Source: an uncultured Anaerolineales bacterium | GTDB taxonomy: Bacteria > Chloroflexota > Anaerolineae > CG2-30-64-16 | Length of the DNA stretch: 64,000 nt | Direction of reading: 5' to 3' | Assembly (NCBI GenBank): GCA_964513075.1 | Contig: CAZELR010000002.1 | Span: 1,205 to 65,204, forward strand | Part shown: in pieces, positions 48,846 through 58,464 of the stretch | Layout: each line of letters opens with the position of its first letter | How positions within the stretch are numbered: the stretch's first letter is position 1 | Program-made: the position numbers and the translations under genes | The notes under the pieces: generated by a model | What the model saw: the letters and a program-made list of their open reading frames with translations, nothing else | The model's database searches: none | What the model was told of the DNA's origin: nothing

Positions 48846-49619
48846 ATGATTCGCTTTCGCGCGGTGTTCACGGGCTGTCTCCTGCTGGGCCTGACCCTGG
48901 TGGGGGCGGCGCCTGTGCTGGCTGCCAGCGCCCCGCAGGCATTGACTCCGCTGCAGGCGCCCATTGAGGGCTTCGATCGTTTTTTGGCGTTCCTCGCCAA
49001 TCCCAACGTCGCCTATCTGTTGTTGGTGATCGGCCTATTGGGTGTGGTTGCTGAGGTGGTCACTGCCGGGGCGGTGTTCCCGGGCATTGCTGGCGCCATT
49101 TGTCTGCTGCTGTCAGCTTATGGCCTGCTGCGTTTACCGACCAACTGGATTGGGCTGGCGCTGATCGCCGCGGGCATCGTGATGTTCGTGCTGGATCTCA
49201 AGATCTCCGGCATCGCCCTGAGCATCGGCGCGGTGATCGCGTTTGCCCTGGGATCGCTGTTGATCTTCACACCGTTTTGGGTGAGCGTCGATCTGGCGGT
49301 CCCGGTGGCCCGCTTGAATCCGTGGTTGATCGCCGGCGCGACCGGGGGTGTGGCGGCGTTTTTCTTGCTGGGTCTCGCGGCCGCGGTGAAGGCGCAACTC
49401 AGGCCGGCCGCCATGGGGTCGAAGACATTGCTGGGTAAGACAGGTAGTGTGAAGACGGCGCTGGCGCCCCAGGGGATCGTGCACGTGGAGGGCGAGGAGT
49501 GGAGTGCGGTCAGCGCCACCGGCGCCCACTTGCCGGCCGGTGCGTCGGTGCGGGTGATCGGCCTGGATGGACTGACGTTGCGGGTCACCCCGTTGTCAGA
49601 GCCGGAATCGAGCCTTTAG
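48846..49619 (+). CDS. NfeD-family membrane protein
   Basis: Signal peptide, multiple TM segments and a C-terminal OB-fold; AAGGAGG RBS; partner of the downstream SPFH gene. Confidence 0.8.
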   Translation: MIRFRAVFTGCLLLGLTLVGAAPVLAASAPQALTPLQAPIEGFDRFLAFLANPNVAYLLLVIGLLGVVAEVVTAGAVFPGIAGAICLLLSAYGLLRLPTNWIGLALIAAGIVMFVLDLKISGIALSIGAVIAFALGSLLIFTPFWVSVDLAVPVARLNPWLIAGATGGVAAFFLLGLAAAVKAQLRPAAMGSKTLLGKTGSVKTALAPQGIVHVEGEEWSAVSATGAHLPAGASVRVIGLDGLTLRVTPLSEPESSL

Positions 49620-49696
49620 GCGGTCTCAGGCCCGGTAACGCCGAACCGGGCGAAGTCTCGAATCCAATAACAATAACCATCTCAAGGAGGTTCCCT

Positions 49697-50611
49697 ATGT
49701 TCAATGTAGCTAATGCGATTGCACTTCTGCTGCTGGTGCTGGTTCTGCTGTTCCTGTTTATCCTGGTGGCGTTTCGGCCATTGCGCATCGTGCGCGATTA
49801 CGAGCGGTTGGTGCTGTTCCGGCTGGGCCGGTTCGCGGGCGAGCGTGGCCCAGGCCTGGTATGGCTGTGGCCCATCATCGACCAGGCGGTGAAGGCCAAC
49901 CTGCGGGAGGACTTCCTGGAGATCCCTAGCCAGACCTGCATCACCCAGGACAACGCACCCATCGACATCGACTTCCTGATCTATTGGAAGGTGGTCGATC
50001 CGGGCCTGAGCGTGCTGAAGGTGCGCGACTTTGCTGGCGCGTCTCAGGGCATCGCCACCACCACGCTGCGCGCAGTGATCGGCGATATCCCGTTGGACGA
50101 CGTGCTGGCGAAGCGCGAGCAGATCAACCAGATTCTGCGCACAAAGCTCGACGAGGTGACCGAGCGTTGGGGCGTCAAGGTAACCGGCGTCGAAATCCGG
50201 GAGATCGTGCCTCCGCGCGAGATCCAGCAGGCGATGAACCGCCAGATGGCAGCCGAGCGTGAGCGCCGCGCGGTCGTCCTTGAGGCCGACGGCAAGCGTG
50301 AGGCCTCGATCAAGGTGGCCGAGGGCGCCAAGCAGGCCTCCATCCTCCAGGCAGAAGGCTCACGCCAGTCTTCCATCCTGAACGCCGAGGGCACGCGGCA
50401 GGCCGCGATCCTGAACGCCGAAGGCTATTCGCTGGCCCTGACGAAGATCTACGAGGCCGCGCAGAACATCGACAGCAAGACCATGAGCTTGCAGTACCTC
50501 GAGGCATTGAAGGCGCTGGGTGCAGGCTCGGCCACCAAGTTCATCTTCCCGATGGAATTCGCCAGCCTGGTGAAGCCGCTGGCGGGGCAGGTGGCTGAGG
50601 CGATGAAGTAA
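49697..50611 (+). CDS. SPFH/band-7 (stomatin/prohibitin-like) protein
   Basis: N-terminal TM followed by an SPFH domain; C-terminal AEG(S/T)RQ(A/S)(A/S)ILNAEG repeats; AAGGAGG RBS. Confidence 0.9.
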   Translation: MFNVANAIALLLLVLVLLFLFILVAFRPLRIVRDYERLVLFRLGRFAGERGPGLVWLWPIIDQAVKANLREDFLEIPSQTCITQDNAPIDIDFLIYWKVVDPGLSVLKVRDFAGASQGIATTTLRAVIGDIPLDDVLAKREQINQILRTKLDEVTERWGVKVTGVEIREIVPPREIQQAMNRQMAAERERRAVVLEADGKREASIKVAEGAKQASILQAEGSRQSSILNAEGTRQAAILNAEGYSLALTKIYEAAQNIDSKTMSLQYLEALKALGAGSATKFIFPMEFASLVKPLAGQVAEAMK

Positions 50612-50647
50612 AATCTTTGACAAAACCGCCTCGCTCGGTTACCATAT

Positions 50648-50928
50648 GTGCGGTCGTGCTAAACGGGGAGCTAGCGGTGCCTTGTAACCCGCAATCCGCT
50701 ATAGCGGGGTCGAAGTCCCTTCTTGAGGGCCTGCGGTCAGCGGGACTGCTTGGCAGGTAAGCGTGGATGGTTGGGTCCTGTGCGGCGGGGGCCTGTGAAA
50801 CTGGTCAGGACCGGAAGGTAGCAGCCATAAGCGGTCACCCTCGGGTGCCACGGGGTTGCCTGGCCTGAGCAAGCCTGTCCGGCAAGCCAAGTGACGAGGA
50901 TCGAAAAAGGGTGCACGACCAGCACTCA
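50648..50928 (+). ncRNA. ffs: Signal recognition particle RNA, long (Bacillus-type, about 280 nt)
   Basis: Conserved domain IV sequence GGTCAGGACCGGAAGGTAGCAGCC; 5' tgcggtcgtgc pairs with 3' gcacgaccagca (closing helix); TTGACA-17 promoter just upstream. Confidence 0.7.
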
Positions 50929-50932
50929 TGAA

Positions 50933-50968
50933 GACGGACAAGCCATTTATGGCCTGTCCGTCTTTTTC
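50933..50968 (+). terminator. Intrinsic terminator of the SRP RNA gene
   Basis: gacggacaagcc-attta-ggcctgtccgtc followed by TTTTTC. Confidence 0.65.
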
Positions 50969-51007
50969 GTTCGTAAGTTGGCAACCAGGAGAATGAGCAG
51001 GATCCCA

Positions 51008-51670
51008 TTACGGCAATACCCCTAGTTCATCCAGTGACCGGAACAGCTCCGCGGCATCGCGGTAGACCCGGTACGCGCCGGCCCGGTTGAGCTCATCCTC
51101 GCCGTACCCTCCGGTCAGCACTCCGATGCTCAGCATGCCGGCCCGCCGCGCGGCCAGCAGGTCCCATACCGCATCCCCGATCACATAGCAGTCTTCGGGA
51201 CGCACCCCCAGCCGCTCCTGGCAGGCCAGAAAGAGATCAGGTTCCGGCTTGGCTCGCGAGACGTCACCCCGTTCCACCACCACAGTCTCCTCACCGATCC
51301 CCAGCACCGCCAGCGACGCGTCGATGTCGGGGCGATGCCCCGAGGTGGCGATGCCGTGCGTGATGTTGTTGGCCCGCAAGTAGGCCAGGAGCTCCACCGC
51401 GCCGGGCAGGGGCCGGCGCACGGGCATGGCCTGCTCGAAAAGCTCGCTGTGCCGGCGCTGCAGCGCAGTCACCTCCTCCGCGCTGAGCTCACGGCCCAGC
51501 TCGCGGCCCGCTGCGCGCGCAAACAGGCCGCCGCTCATGCCGATGCGTCGGTGGATGCGCCAACCATCGATCGGCAGGCCGGCCTCCCAGAACGCGGTCT
51601 GCCACGTGAAGACATGCGCGTAAACCGTGTCGATCAGGGTGCCGTCGAGGTCGAAGATCAGTGCTCGCAT
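51008..51670 (-). CDS. HAD-superfamily hydrolase (subfamily IA)
   Basis: Motif I FDLDGTLIDT and motif IV GDAVWD. Confidence 0.8.
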   Translation of the reverse strand: MRALIFDLDGTLIDTVYAHVFTWQTAFWEAGLPIDGWRIHRRIGMSGGLFARAAGRELGRELSAEEVTALQRRHSELFEQAMPVRRPLPGAVELLAYLRANNITHGIATSGHRPDIDASLAVLGIGEETVVVERGDVSRAKPEPDLFLACQERLGVRPEDCYVIGDAVWDLLAARRAGMLSIGVLTGGYGEDELNRAGAYRVYRDAAELFRSLDELGVLP

Positions 51671-51766
51671 GGATGATCTGCCTTTCTCAATCGGAGCGCG
51701 GCATCCTCAGAGGCTGCCGTTCGCATCTGAGGATGCTCACTACGCTGTGCAGGGCGCCTGTTGGCG

Positions 51767-52219
51767 TCACTTCTCGGCCGGCAGTCGCCGGAGCAGCGTT
51801 AGATGGGCGCCGAAGAGCGTCATCAGGAACTGCAGAAACGGCGAGATGCCGATCATCAGCACCAGCCAGCCGACGAAGCTTGCGGTGGGTTCGTAAAGGA
51901 TCATGGGGATGCCGAAGTTTGCCAGGTCGGCCGCGGGATCCAACAGCATCTCGACCATGCGGCTCCAGATGATCGCCATGAGGAGGCCGGTAAAGGCTGC
52001 AGTCAGCGCCGCCCACCGCAGCACCTGGCCGAGCAGTTGCCGGGCTGGACGCGGCTTCTCCGTGACCCGCATCGCGATCACCCATCCGACCGGCAGGCCG
52101 AACACGATGCAGACGATGGGGATGCCCATGCCGAGCCCGACGCAGATCACGTCGAGCGCGGCGTAGATGAGCAGCAGCCAGCGGGGTTGGAGCGAAAGAA
52201 GAGCTGGTCTTTGAGTCAT
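51767..52219 (-). CDS. Small integral membrane protein
   Basis: 150 aa with 4 predicted TM helices; starts 7 nt after the alpha-2-macroglobulin stop, so likely co-transcribed. Confidence 0.45.
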   Translation of the reverse strand: MTQRPALLSLQPRWLLLIYAALDVICVGLGMGIPIVCIVFGLPVGWVIAMRVTEKPRPARQLLGQVLRWAALTAAFTGLLMAIIWSRMVEMLLDPAADLANFGIPMILYEPTASFVGWLVLMIGISPFLQFLMTLFGAHLTLLRRLPAEK

Positions 52220-52226
52220 GGCAACC

Positions 52227-55200
52227 CTACTCTGTCACTATGAACACGCCCCCGGCCCCGCGGCCCCACACTTCAGGGAAGTACATCTGCGACGCGGTCG
52301 GCGGCAGGGTCAGGAACGTGCCGGGCAGGCTGGCGCGCGCCTGGTAGGTGAACTGGTAGGTGCCGGGTGCCAGCTCAGTGGCGAAGAGCACCGCCTTCTC
52401 ATCCCGCAGCTCGACGTGGGTGGGGGTCCACCACCAGTCCCACCACGGCGCTGTCTTCGCGGATGTACTGCCCTTCTCCACGTCCGGCCCTTCGGCCGTC
52501 CGGCTGGTGGTGAGCAGGCTGGCGTCCACGCCCTCCAGGCCCGCGGGCAGCGGGTCTTCCACGATCACGTAGTGGCTGGTGTTCGGCACGACTACGGTTA
52601 GCTTGATTTGCAGCACGTCACCGACGCGCGCTTTGTTCACGGGTGCGCACGCAGCGGTTGGGTTCTTGGCGCCGGCCTGCGCCTGCGTGTTGAGGCAATC
52701 GGCCAAGCGCACCTCGCGACTGACGGTCAGGCCCCGGCTCAGCGGCTGGATCTGCTCGGCTGGTTGGTAGGTCCGCAGGTGCGCGGTGTAGTAGAGCTGG
52801 CCGTCGCCGGTCTGACCTGCAGCCGCTGTGCGGCTGAGGACGAGGTCGTTGGTTCTGTCCAGCAGCAGTCGGGCGATATCGGCGCGCATGGTTGCGACCT
52901 GATCGACGGTGTCGGGCGTCACCGCACCCTCGCCCAGCGTCTGGCCGTTGAGCGCCACCTGCCAGGAATAATCCCCCTTCAGTTCGCCGGTCGCAGCCAT
53001 CCACTCGGTCAGCGCGATGATGGACCAGGCGGTTTCCTGGGTGGTCTCCCAGTGATCAGCCTTGCGTGCGGTCATCAGCCAGCGGACGGTGTTCGGTCCC
53101 AGTGCGTTCTCCGGGTCCAGCTTGGCCAGCGCGGCCAGCACGATGGCGGTGCTGCGCGTGTCGGTGTTCATGTTCCAGTAGTCCGGCAGTCCCTCTTCCC
53201 AGTGCGTCGAGGTCGCCGTGACCCGCGCCTCGTGGCCCAGGTCCACCAGCAGGGTCTTGATGCGATCCGGCGCGGCCTCGTCGTTGATCAGATTTAGCGT
53301 CATCGCCAGGTAGGCCTTGCCGAACGCGGCCAGCTTGGCATTTTCGGCGAAGAGCGCGCCCGCCCGGTTCGGTTCCAGTTGGCCGGCCTCGGCCAGCGCG
53401 TAGAGGATGAACGCCTGGCGGTCGAGCTGCCACTCGCGCAGCTCCTTGGGCGCCTTCAGGCTGCCCCGCAGGAACTTGATTCCGCGCTCCAGCACCCCTT
53501 GATCTACGGTGAAGCCGGCCTGCCTGGCTTTCGCCAGGCCGAACACCACGTAGGAGCTGATCGTGACGTTGCTGTCGTCGTTGCTCCACCAGCCCCAGCC
53601 GCCATCGACGTGCTGCTGGCTGTAGATGCGCTGCAAGCCCACCCCCACCTGCTGCGGCAGCTTGGCTTCCAGATCCGGGTTCGAGCGTCCCAGTTTCTTC
53701 AGCGCGGCGTAGCTCACCACGTTGGGCAGGAAGCGGCTCAGGGTCTGCTCGACGCATTCGTAGGGGTAGTGCTCCAGGTATGTCAGCCCGCCCAACATGC
53801 CGGCGGCTAGACTCGGCTCCAGCGTCACGTCCAGCTCGGCGCGGGTCGGGTCGATGCCGCTGGGCAGGCGCACCAGCTCCAGCACATCGGCGCCCAACGC
53901 CACCTGGCCGCTGGTGCCCACCACTTCGGGCGTGCTGTAGCGATAGACCGGCAGCACGACTTTCACCGCGTCGGCCAGCGGCTCCGCGCGGCCCGAGGTG
54001 GTCGCGCTCATGGTGACGGTCACCTCTTCGACGTTCGCCTGCACGGTGACCGGCCAGACGGCCTTGTAGGTGCCGCCCGCTGGCACGCTGACGGTTGCAG
54101 TTGTCGTCTGCGGGGTTTCAAGCCCGGTCGCTGCAAGGCGCACCGTCACTTCCAGTGGGTCGGCGGTGGTGTTGTGGATCACGCCCGCGATCTCGGCCTT
54201 GTCGCCGGCCACGAAGAAGCGCGGCAGCACCGGCCGCACCAGCAGCGCCTTGGTGGCGATGATGTCGGTCTTGGACTGGCCCACCAGCGTGTCGGCGGTG
54301 ATCGCGCGGGCGTCCATGGTCCAGGTGGTCAGGTTGTCGGGCAGCGTCACCTCGACGGATGCCTTGCCGTCCTTGTCGGTGGTCACGGCCGAGCGCCAGA
54401 ACGCGATATCGGGAAACTCGCTGCGCACTGCCAGCAGGCCCATCTCGCCGCCGCCGCCGCCGCCGCCCTTGCCTTCCTCGGCAAGCTGGGCCACCAGCCG
54501 GTCGATGTTCAGGGCCAGGGTCGCACCGGTCTGCACACCCAGGCTGCGCTGGCTGTAGAAGCGGTCGAGCAGGGCCCCCGCGTTGTCCGCGGCCAGCGAC
54601 AGTACTGCCTTATCCACCAGCGCCAGCGACACCTCGGCCGCCACCGGTTTGCCCGCGGCGTCCAGGGTCCGAATGTCCCACGTCACCGTGTCGCGCGGCG
54701 CGAATTGAGCTGGAACTGAATCCTGACCCCTGACTTCTGTCTCCTGTCCCCTGGGGGTCAATACCACCTGCAACTCCTTGTCGGCCACCGACACCTTGAG
54801 CTGAATCAGGCCGACCTTGAAGGACGGCGAGGGGCTGGTGGCGTCGATGCCTTTCATGATGATCAGCGACACGAACGCGTTGGGCGCCATCTCGGCGGTG
54901 ATGGGCAGTTCCAGCACCTCGCTGTTACCGGCTAGCTCGATCACTCGGTGGCTGAGCACTCGGCCGCGTTCGATCGTCAGCAGCGCCTTCACCTTGCCCT
55001 GGTAGGGGCTGGGGGCCAGGATCTCGGCCGTGTCACCTACTTTGTACTCGTCTTTGTCGGCGACCAGTTTGATGCGGTCGTTGTTCTCTTGTCGCCACGG
55101 CACGAAGTCACGGCCGCTGACCCAGACGTAGGCTGCGCTGCGCAGTGCATGGCCCTGCTCGTCCCGTGCGCTGGCCTCGATCTTGTACTCGCCGGACTTT

Positions 55201-58200
55201 TTCGGGGTCCAGGCTAGCACGGCCGCGCCTTGGGCATCGGTTGTAAGGGTCTCAGTCAGCACCGCAGTCTTTATGGGTCGCGTGACCCAGTAGAAGCGGC
55301 CGTCTTCGGCTTTCTCCTGCACGCTCTTCCATTCGATCTGGCTGACCACAGCGGTCACTTCGACCCCGGGCACGGGTGCGCTCTGCGCGTCCACGGTGAT
55401 GATGTCGACCTGATTCTCCTGATCGGTGGTCCCCACGTAGCCGCGCGGGCTCACGCCGATGTAGAACTGGCCCTTGTGCACCACCGCAGTGGCCTGGGTC
55501 GAGACCGCCTGGTTGTTCAGGTCCTCGACGGTGAGGTCAAAGGTGAAGCGCTGGCTGCCCGGGAACTTCGCAATGTCGGCCGGCGCGCTGAAGGTGAAGC
55601 GGCCTTGGGCGTCGGTGCGGCCCTCGCCCTGGCTGAGCTGCCCGCCCGATGGACCGGTGCGCGTCACGTTCCACCACTCCCAATCACTGAAGCTCCAATA
55701 TCCCTCGCCTTGATAGTCGAAGGACGCGTCATTGCTCAACAGCGTCCAGCGCACCTTGCCGTTCTTCACCGGCCCGCCGAAGAAGTAATTGGCCTGCAAC
55801 GTCACACTGATCTGTTCGCCCTGGGTGTATTCGGGCTTGTCGGTCACCGCGCTCAGCTCGTATTCGGGCTTGCGGTACTCGGCCACCTGGAAGCCGACGC
55901 CCGGCGACACCGACTCGGTCAGTTGCACCGATAGGTAGTAGTAGCCCAGGGATGCATCCGGACCCAGCTCGAGCTTGCCGTCGGTCGCGCCCAGCGCATC
56001 CAGGAGCTGGCTCGTCTGGACCAGCGCATTGCCCTGGTCGTCATTGATGGTGACGGTGACGGGCTGACCCGGCGCAGGCAGGGAATACAGTGCGTCGTTG
56101 TCACGGCGGATGATGGCCTTCCAGTACACGGTTTGGCCAGGGCGGTAGATGGGACGATCGGTGTAGACATAACCGACATAGGGTTGAGCCTGTGCGCCGC
56201 CAGATATGCTGAAGTCCCACGGGCCGATGCCGTCCGACCAGTTGGTGGACGCCACACCAAACCCGCCGGCTTCGGTTGTCGCCAGCGCCAGCAGCGGCTC
56301 CCACGGGTTGCGCACGGCGGCCAGCTTGATGGTGGCGACGCCATCTTCGTCCGTCGTCGCCGTGAGATCGGTATCTGCGTTATCGGTGAAGTGCACCTGT
56401 GCGCCGGACACCGGCTGGCCTGTCTTTAGGTCGGTGACCCACGCCAGCGCTGCATCGCTGCTGGCCTTGAGGGTGACGTTGAGATCGGTGCGAATGATCA
56501 GTTGGCGCGGGGGCCTCTGGTTGTTCGACAGGGAGCCGCCCAACTCCAGCCAGTAGATGCCGGGCGCCAGCGCTGCGCCCTGATCATCCAGCAGTGACTC
56601 GCGCAGGAAGCCCGTCTCGTTAGCCTTCACGGTGCTGGTTACCGCCCACTGGCGCACGCGCGCCGCGGCCGACGGCCGATACTTGTCCCACGCCTCCCAG
56701 TACTCGCCGCCGGTCACCGCGATGAGCTCATTGGGCGTCAGCCGGTAGAGGTCGAAGCGCACCTCCGGCGTGTTGCGGTAGACCACCACGGCCTGGGTCT
56801 CGGTGTACGCGCTGTAAGTGCCTACCTGGCCCTGGTTGTTGAGCTGCAGAATCGGATCCAGGTTGCCCGTGCGGAAGCGCAGCACGTTGTCCTCACCCAG
56901 GGTGTTGCCGTAGGGATCGGCCACCTTGCCCGAAAGGGTCACGATGTAATCGGTCGCCGGCAGCTTGGTGAAGTCGAGATAAAGATAGTTCTCGTACTCG
57001 TTGTAATAGGTGTAGACCTGGGTCGGCTTGGGCAGGATCGTGATCGTACCGCTGATGAAGGTCGCAGGATTCATCGGGCCCGCGAACTCGAAGCGGACGC
57101 CGCCGGCAGGCTCGAACGATTTGGCGCCGTTTGCAGGCTGGGTCTTGGTCACCTTGGGCAGCGGCACGGTGCTGAACACGAAACGGCGGCCCGGCGTGTC
57201 CTGCAACTGGCCCACTTTGCTGATGGCCAATGCGGTCGGTGCGACGGCCGCCGTATACCCGGTGCCGAATTTCAGCACCTGCGCCGGCTTGAATCCCAGC
57301 TCGGTGGCATCGGCGTTCCAGGTGAAGGTCCCGGCTACTGCATCGCCCTTGACTTCGGTCAGCGTAAACGCGGCCTCGGTGCTCGGCTTGTCCATCGGCA
57401 TCGAGAACGTGACCGTGATCGGCTTTTCGATGCGCACGTTGGTGGGCGATTCGGGCGTCCAACGCAGCACGGTCGGCTCCGTGGTGCGGAAGCCAAAGGT
57501 ATAAGGGGCGCCCAGCACGCCGCCCGTGGTGTCTTCCAGGCCTGCTGTGACCGTCACGCTGTACTGCATGGAGGCGGCCAATCCGGCCAGCGGCGTGAAG
57601 CGATAGATGCTGGTGCTGATCCATTCCCCCTTGCCTTCCAGCGTCGGGGTGATGATCAGCGGTGCGGGCAGCCCGGCCTGCTCACCTCCACCGGTCAACG
57701 GCACCACGGGCCGGTTGAATGCGATGGTGATTGGGATGTCCACCGGCACGCCTTCGGTCTTATCGGCCGGTTGGGTGCTGGTCACTTCCAGGAAGCCCAC
57801 CGTCTTGAACTTGGTTGCGACCGGCTGCAGGAGCTGCAAGCCGCTGGCGCTCTTCGCACTGGCCGCCACCGCGATGCGGTATTCCAGGCCGCGCTCCATT
57901 CGTTCTGTGGGGGTGAAGGTCAACCGGTCACCCTTCACCTCGACGTCGCCCGCCACCTTTGGCTCAATGCTGAACGCAGCGCTGGTGCTGGCCGGGTCCA
58001 TGGGCTGGTCGAAGGTGACGATCACCGGCGCGGCGATGATTTGTTCCTCCCCGCGATCGGGCTTGACGCTGATCACGGTGGGCGGCAGCGGCGGCCGCGT
58101 GGGGGTAGGAGCCGGTACATCGGTGGGCGCAGCCGTGGGCGCGTCAGCTATCGGAGAAAGCGCCTGGCTGGTCTGCGGCGCGGCAGGAGCCGACGTTGCG

Positions 58201-58295
58201 GCCGGCGCGGCCGGCTGGACCGCCGGCGAACACGCAGCAAGGAATACCATCATGAGAGTGGCGATGATGGAGATTGTGCGTTGGTGCTGATGCAT
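52227..58295 (-). CDS. Bacterial alpha-2-macroglobulin family lipoprotein
   Basis: About 2020 aa; lipobox LAAC after the signal peptide; MG-domain repeats; thioester-region motif CVEQ (YPYECVEQTLSRF); start ATG 58295 preceded by GGGAGG; the track ORF starts 27 nt earlier at a TTG. Confidence 0.85.
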   Translation of the reverse strand: MHQHQRTISIIATLMMVFLAACSPAVQPAAPAATSAPAAPQTSQALSPIADAPTAAPTDVPAPTPTRPPLPPTVISVKPDRGEEQIIAAPVIVTFDQPMDPASTSAAFSIEPKVAGDVEVKGDRLTFTPTERMERGLEYRIAVAASAKSASGLQLLQPVATKFKTVGFLEVTSTQPADKTEGVPVDIPITIAFNRPVVPLTGGGEQAGLPAPLIITPTLEGKGEWISTSIYRFTPLAGLAASMQYSVTVTAGLEDTTGGVLGAPYTFGFRTTEPTVLRWTPESPTNVRIEKPITVTFSMPMDKPSTEAAFTLTEVKGDAVAGTFTWNADATELGFKPAQVLKFGTGYTAAVAPTALAISKVGQLQDTPGRRFVFSTVPLPKVTKTQPANGAKSFEPAGGVRFEFAGPMNPATFISGTITILPKPTQVYTYYNEYENYLYLDFTKLPATDYIVTLSGKVADPYGNTLGEDNVLRFRTGNLDPILQLNNQGQVGTYSAYTETQAVVVYRNTPEVRFDLYRLTPNELIAVTGGEYWEAWDKYRPSAAARVRQWAVTSTVKANETGFLRESLLDDQGAALAPGIYWLELGGSLSNNQRPPRQLIIRTDLNVTLKASSDAALAWVTDLKTGQPVSGAQVHFTDNADTDLTATTDEDGVATIKLAAVRNPWEPLLALATTEAGGFGVASTNWSDGIGPWDFSISGGAQAQPYVGYVYTDRPIYRPGQTVYWKAIIRRDNDALYSLPAPGQPVTVTINDDQGNALVQTSQLLDALGATDGKLELGPDASLGYYYLSVQLTESVSPGVGFQVAEYRKPEYELSAVTDKPEYTQGEQISVTLQANYFFGGPVKNGKVRWTLLSNDASFDYQGEGYWSFSDWEWWNVTRTGPSGGQLSQGEGRTDAQGRFTFSAPADIAKFPGSQRFTFDLTVEDLNNQAVSTQATAVVHKGQFYIGVSPRGYVGTTDQENQVDIITVDAQSAPVPGVEVTAVVSQIEWKSVQEKAEDGRFYWVTRPIKTAVLTETLTTDAQGAAVLAWTPKKSGEYKIEASARDEQGHALRSAAYVWVSGRDFVPWRQENNDRIKLVADKDEYKVGDTAEILAPSPYQGKVKALLTIERGRVLSHRVIELAGNSEVLELPITAEMAPNAFVSLIIMKGIDATSPSPSFKVGLIQLKVSVADKELQVVLTPRGQETEVRGQDSVPAQFAPRDTVTWDIRTLDAAGKPVAAEVSLALVDKAVLSLAADNAGALLDRFYSQRSLGVQTGATLALNIDRLVAQLAEEGKGGGGGGGEMGLLAVRSEFPDIAFWRSAVTTDKDGKASVEVTLPDNLTTWTMDARAITADTLVGQSKTDIIATKALLVRPVLPRFFVAGDKAEIAGVIHNTTADPLEVTVRLAATGLETPQTTTATVSVPAGGTYKAVWPVTVQANVEEVTVTMSATTSGRAEPLADAVKVVLPVYRYSTPEVVGTSGQVALGADVLELVRLPSGIDPTRAELDVTLEPSLAAGMLGGLTYLEHYPYECVEQTLSRFLPNVVSYAALKKLGRSNPDLEAKLPQQVGVGLQRIYSQQHVDGGWGWWSNDDSNVTISSYVVFGLAKARQAGFTVDQGVLERGIKFLRGSLKAPKELREWQLDRQAFILYALAEAGQLEPNRAGALFAENAKLAAFGKAYLAMTLNLINDEAAPDRIKTLLVDLGHEARVTATSTHWEEGLPDYWNMNTDTRSTAIVLAALAKLDPENALGPNTVRWLMTARKADHWETTQETAWSIIALTEWMAATGELKGDYSWQVALNGQTLGEGAVTPDTVDQVATMRADIARLLLDRTNDLVLSRTAAAGQTGDGQLYYTAHLRTYQPAEQIQPLSRGLTVSREVRLADCLNTQAQAGAKNPTAACAPVNKARVGDVLQIKLTVVVPNTSHYVIVEDPLPAGLEGVDASLLTTSRTAEGPDVEKGSTSAKTAPWWDWWWTPTHVELRDEKAVLFATELAPGTYQFTYQARASLPGTFLTLPPTASQMYFPEVWGRGAGGVFIVTE

Positions 58296-58426
58296 GTGAG
58301 CCTCCCAGTCCTTTTCATTCAAAGCGCGAGTGATACTACAACTGTTCCGTCATTGTACCGCGCTAGACGCCTCGTGCTTCTGCAAAGTTCCATCCAATTC
58401 CCCTGATTTCCTGTTGTTTTGTTGAC

Positions 58427-58459
58427 ACACCCTAAGGGTCTCGAAGACCCTTAGGGTGT
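58427..58459. repeat. Perfect 14-bp palindrome with 5-nt loop between pbpC and the alpha-2-macroglobulin gene
   Basis: acaccctaagggtc-tcgaa-gacccttagggtgt; no U-tract. Confidence 0.65.
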
Positions 58460-58464
58460 AGGCG

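Noticed and set aside
52608-58406. Series of 100-300-aa plus-strand ORFs across the alpha-2-macroglobulin gene
   Set aside because: All are antisense to one 6-kb ORF with MG-domain and thioester motifs
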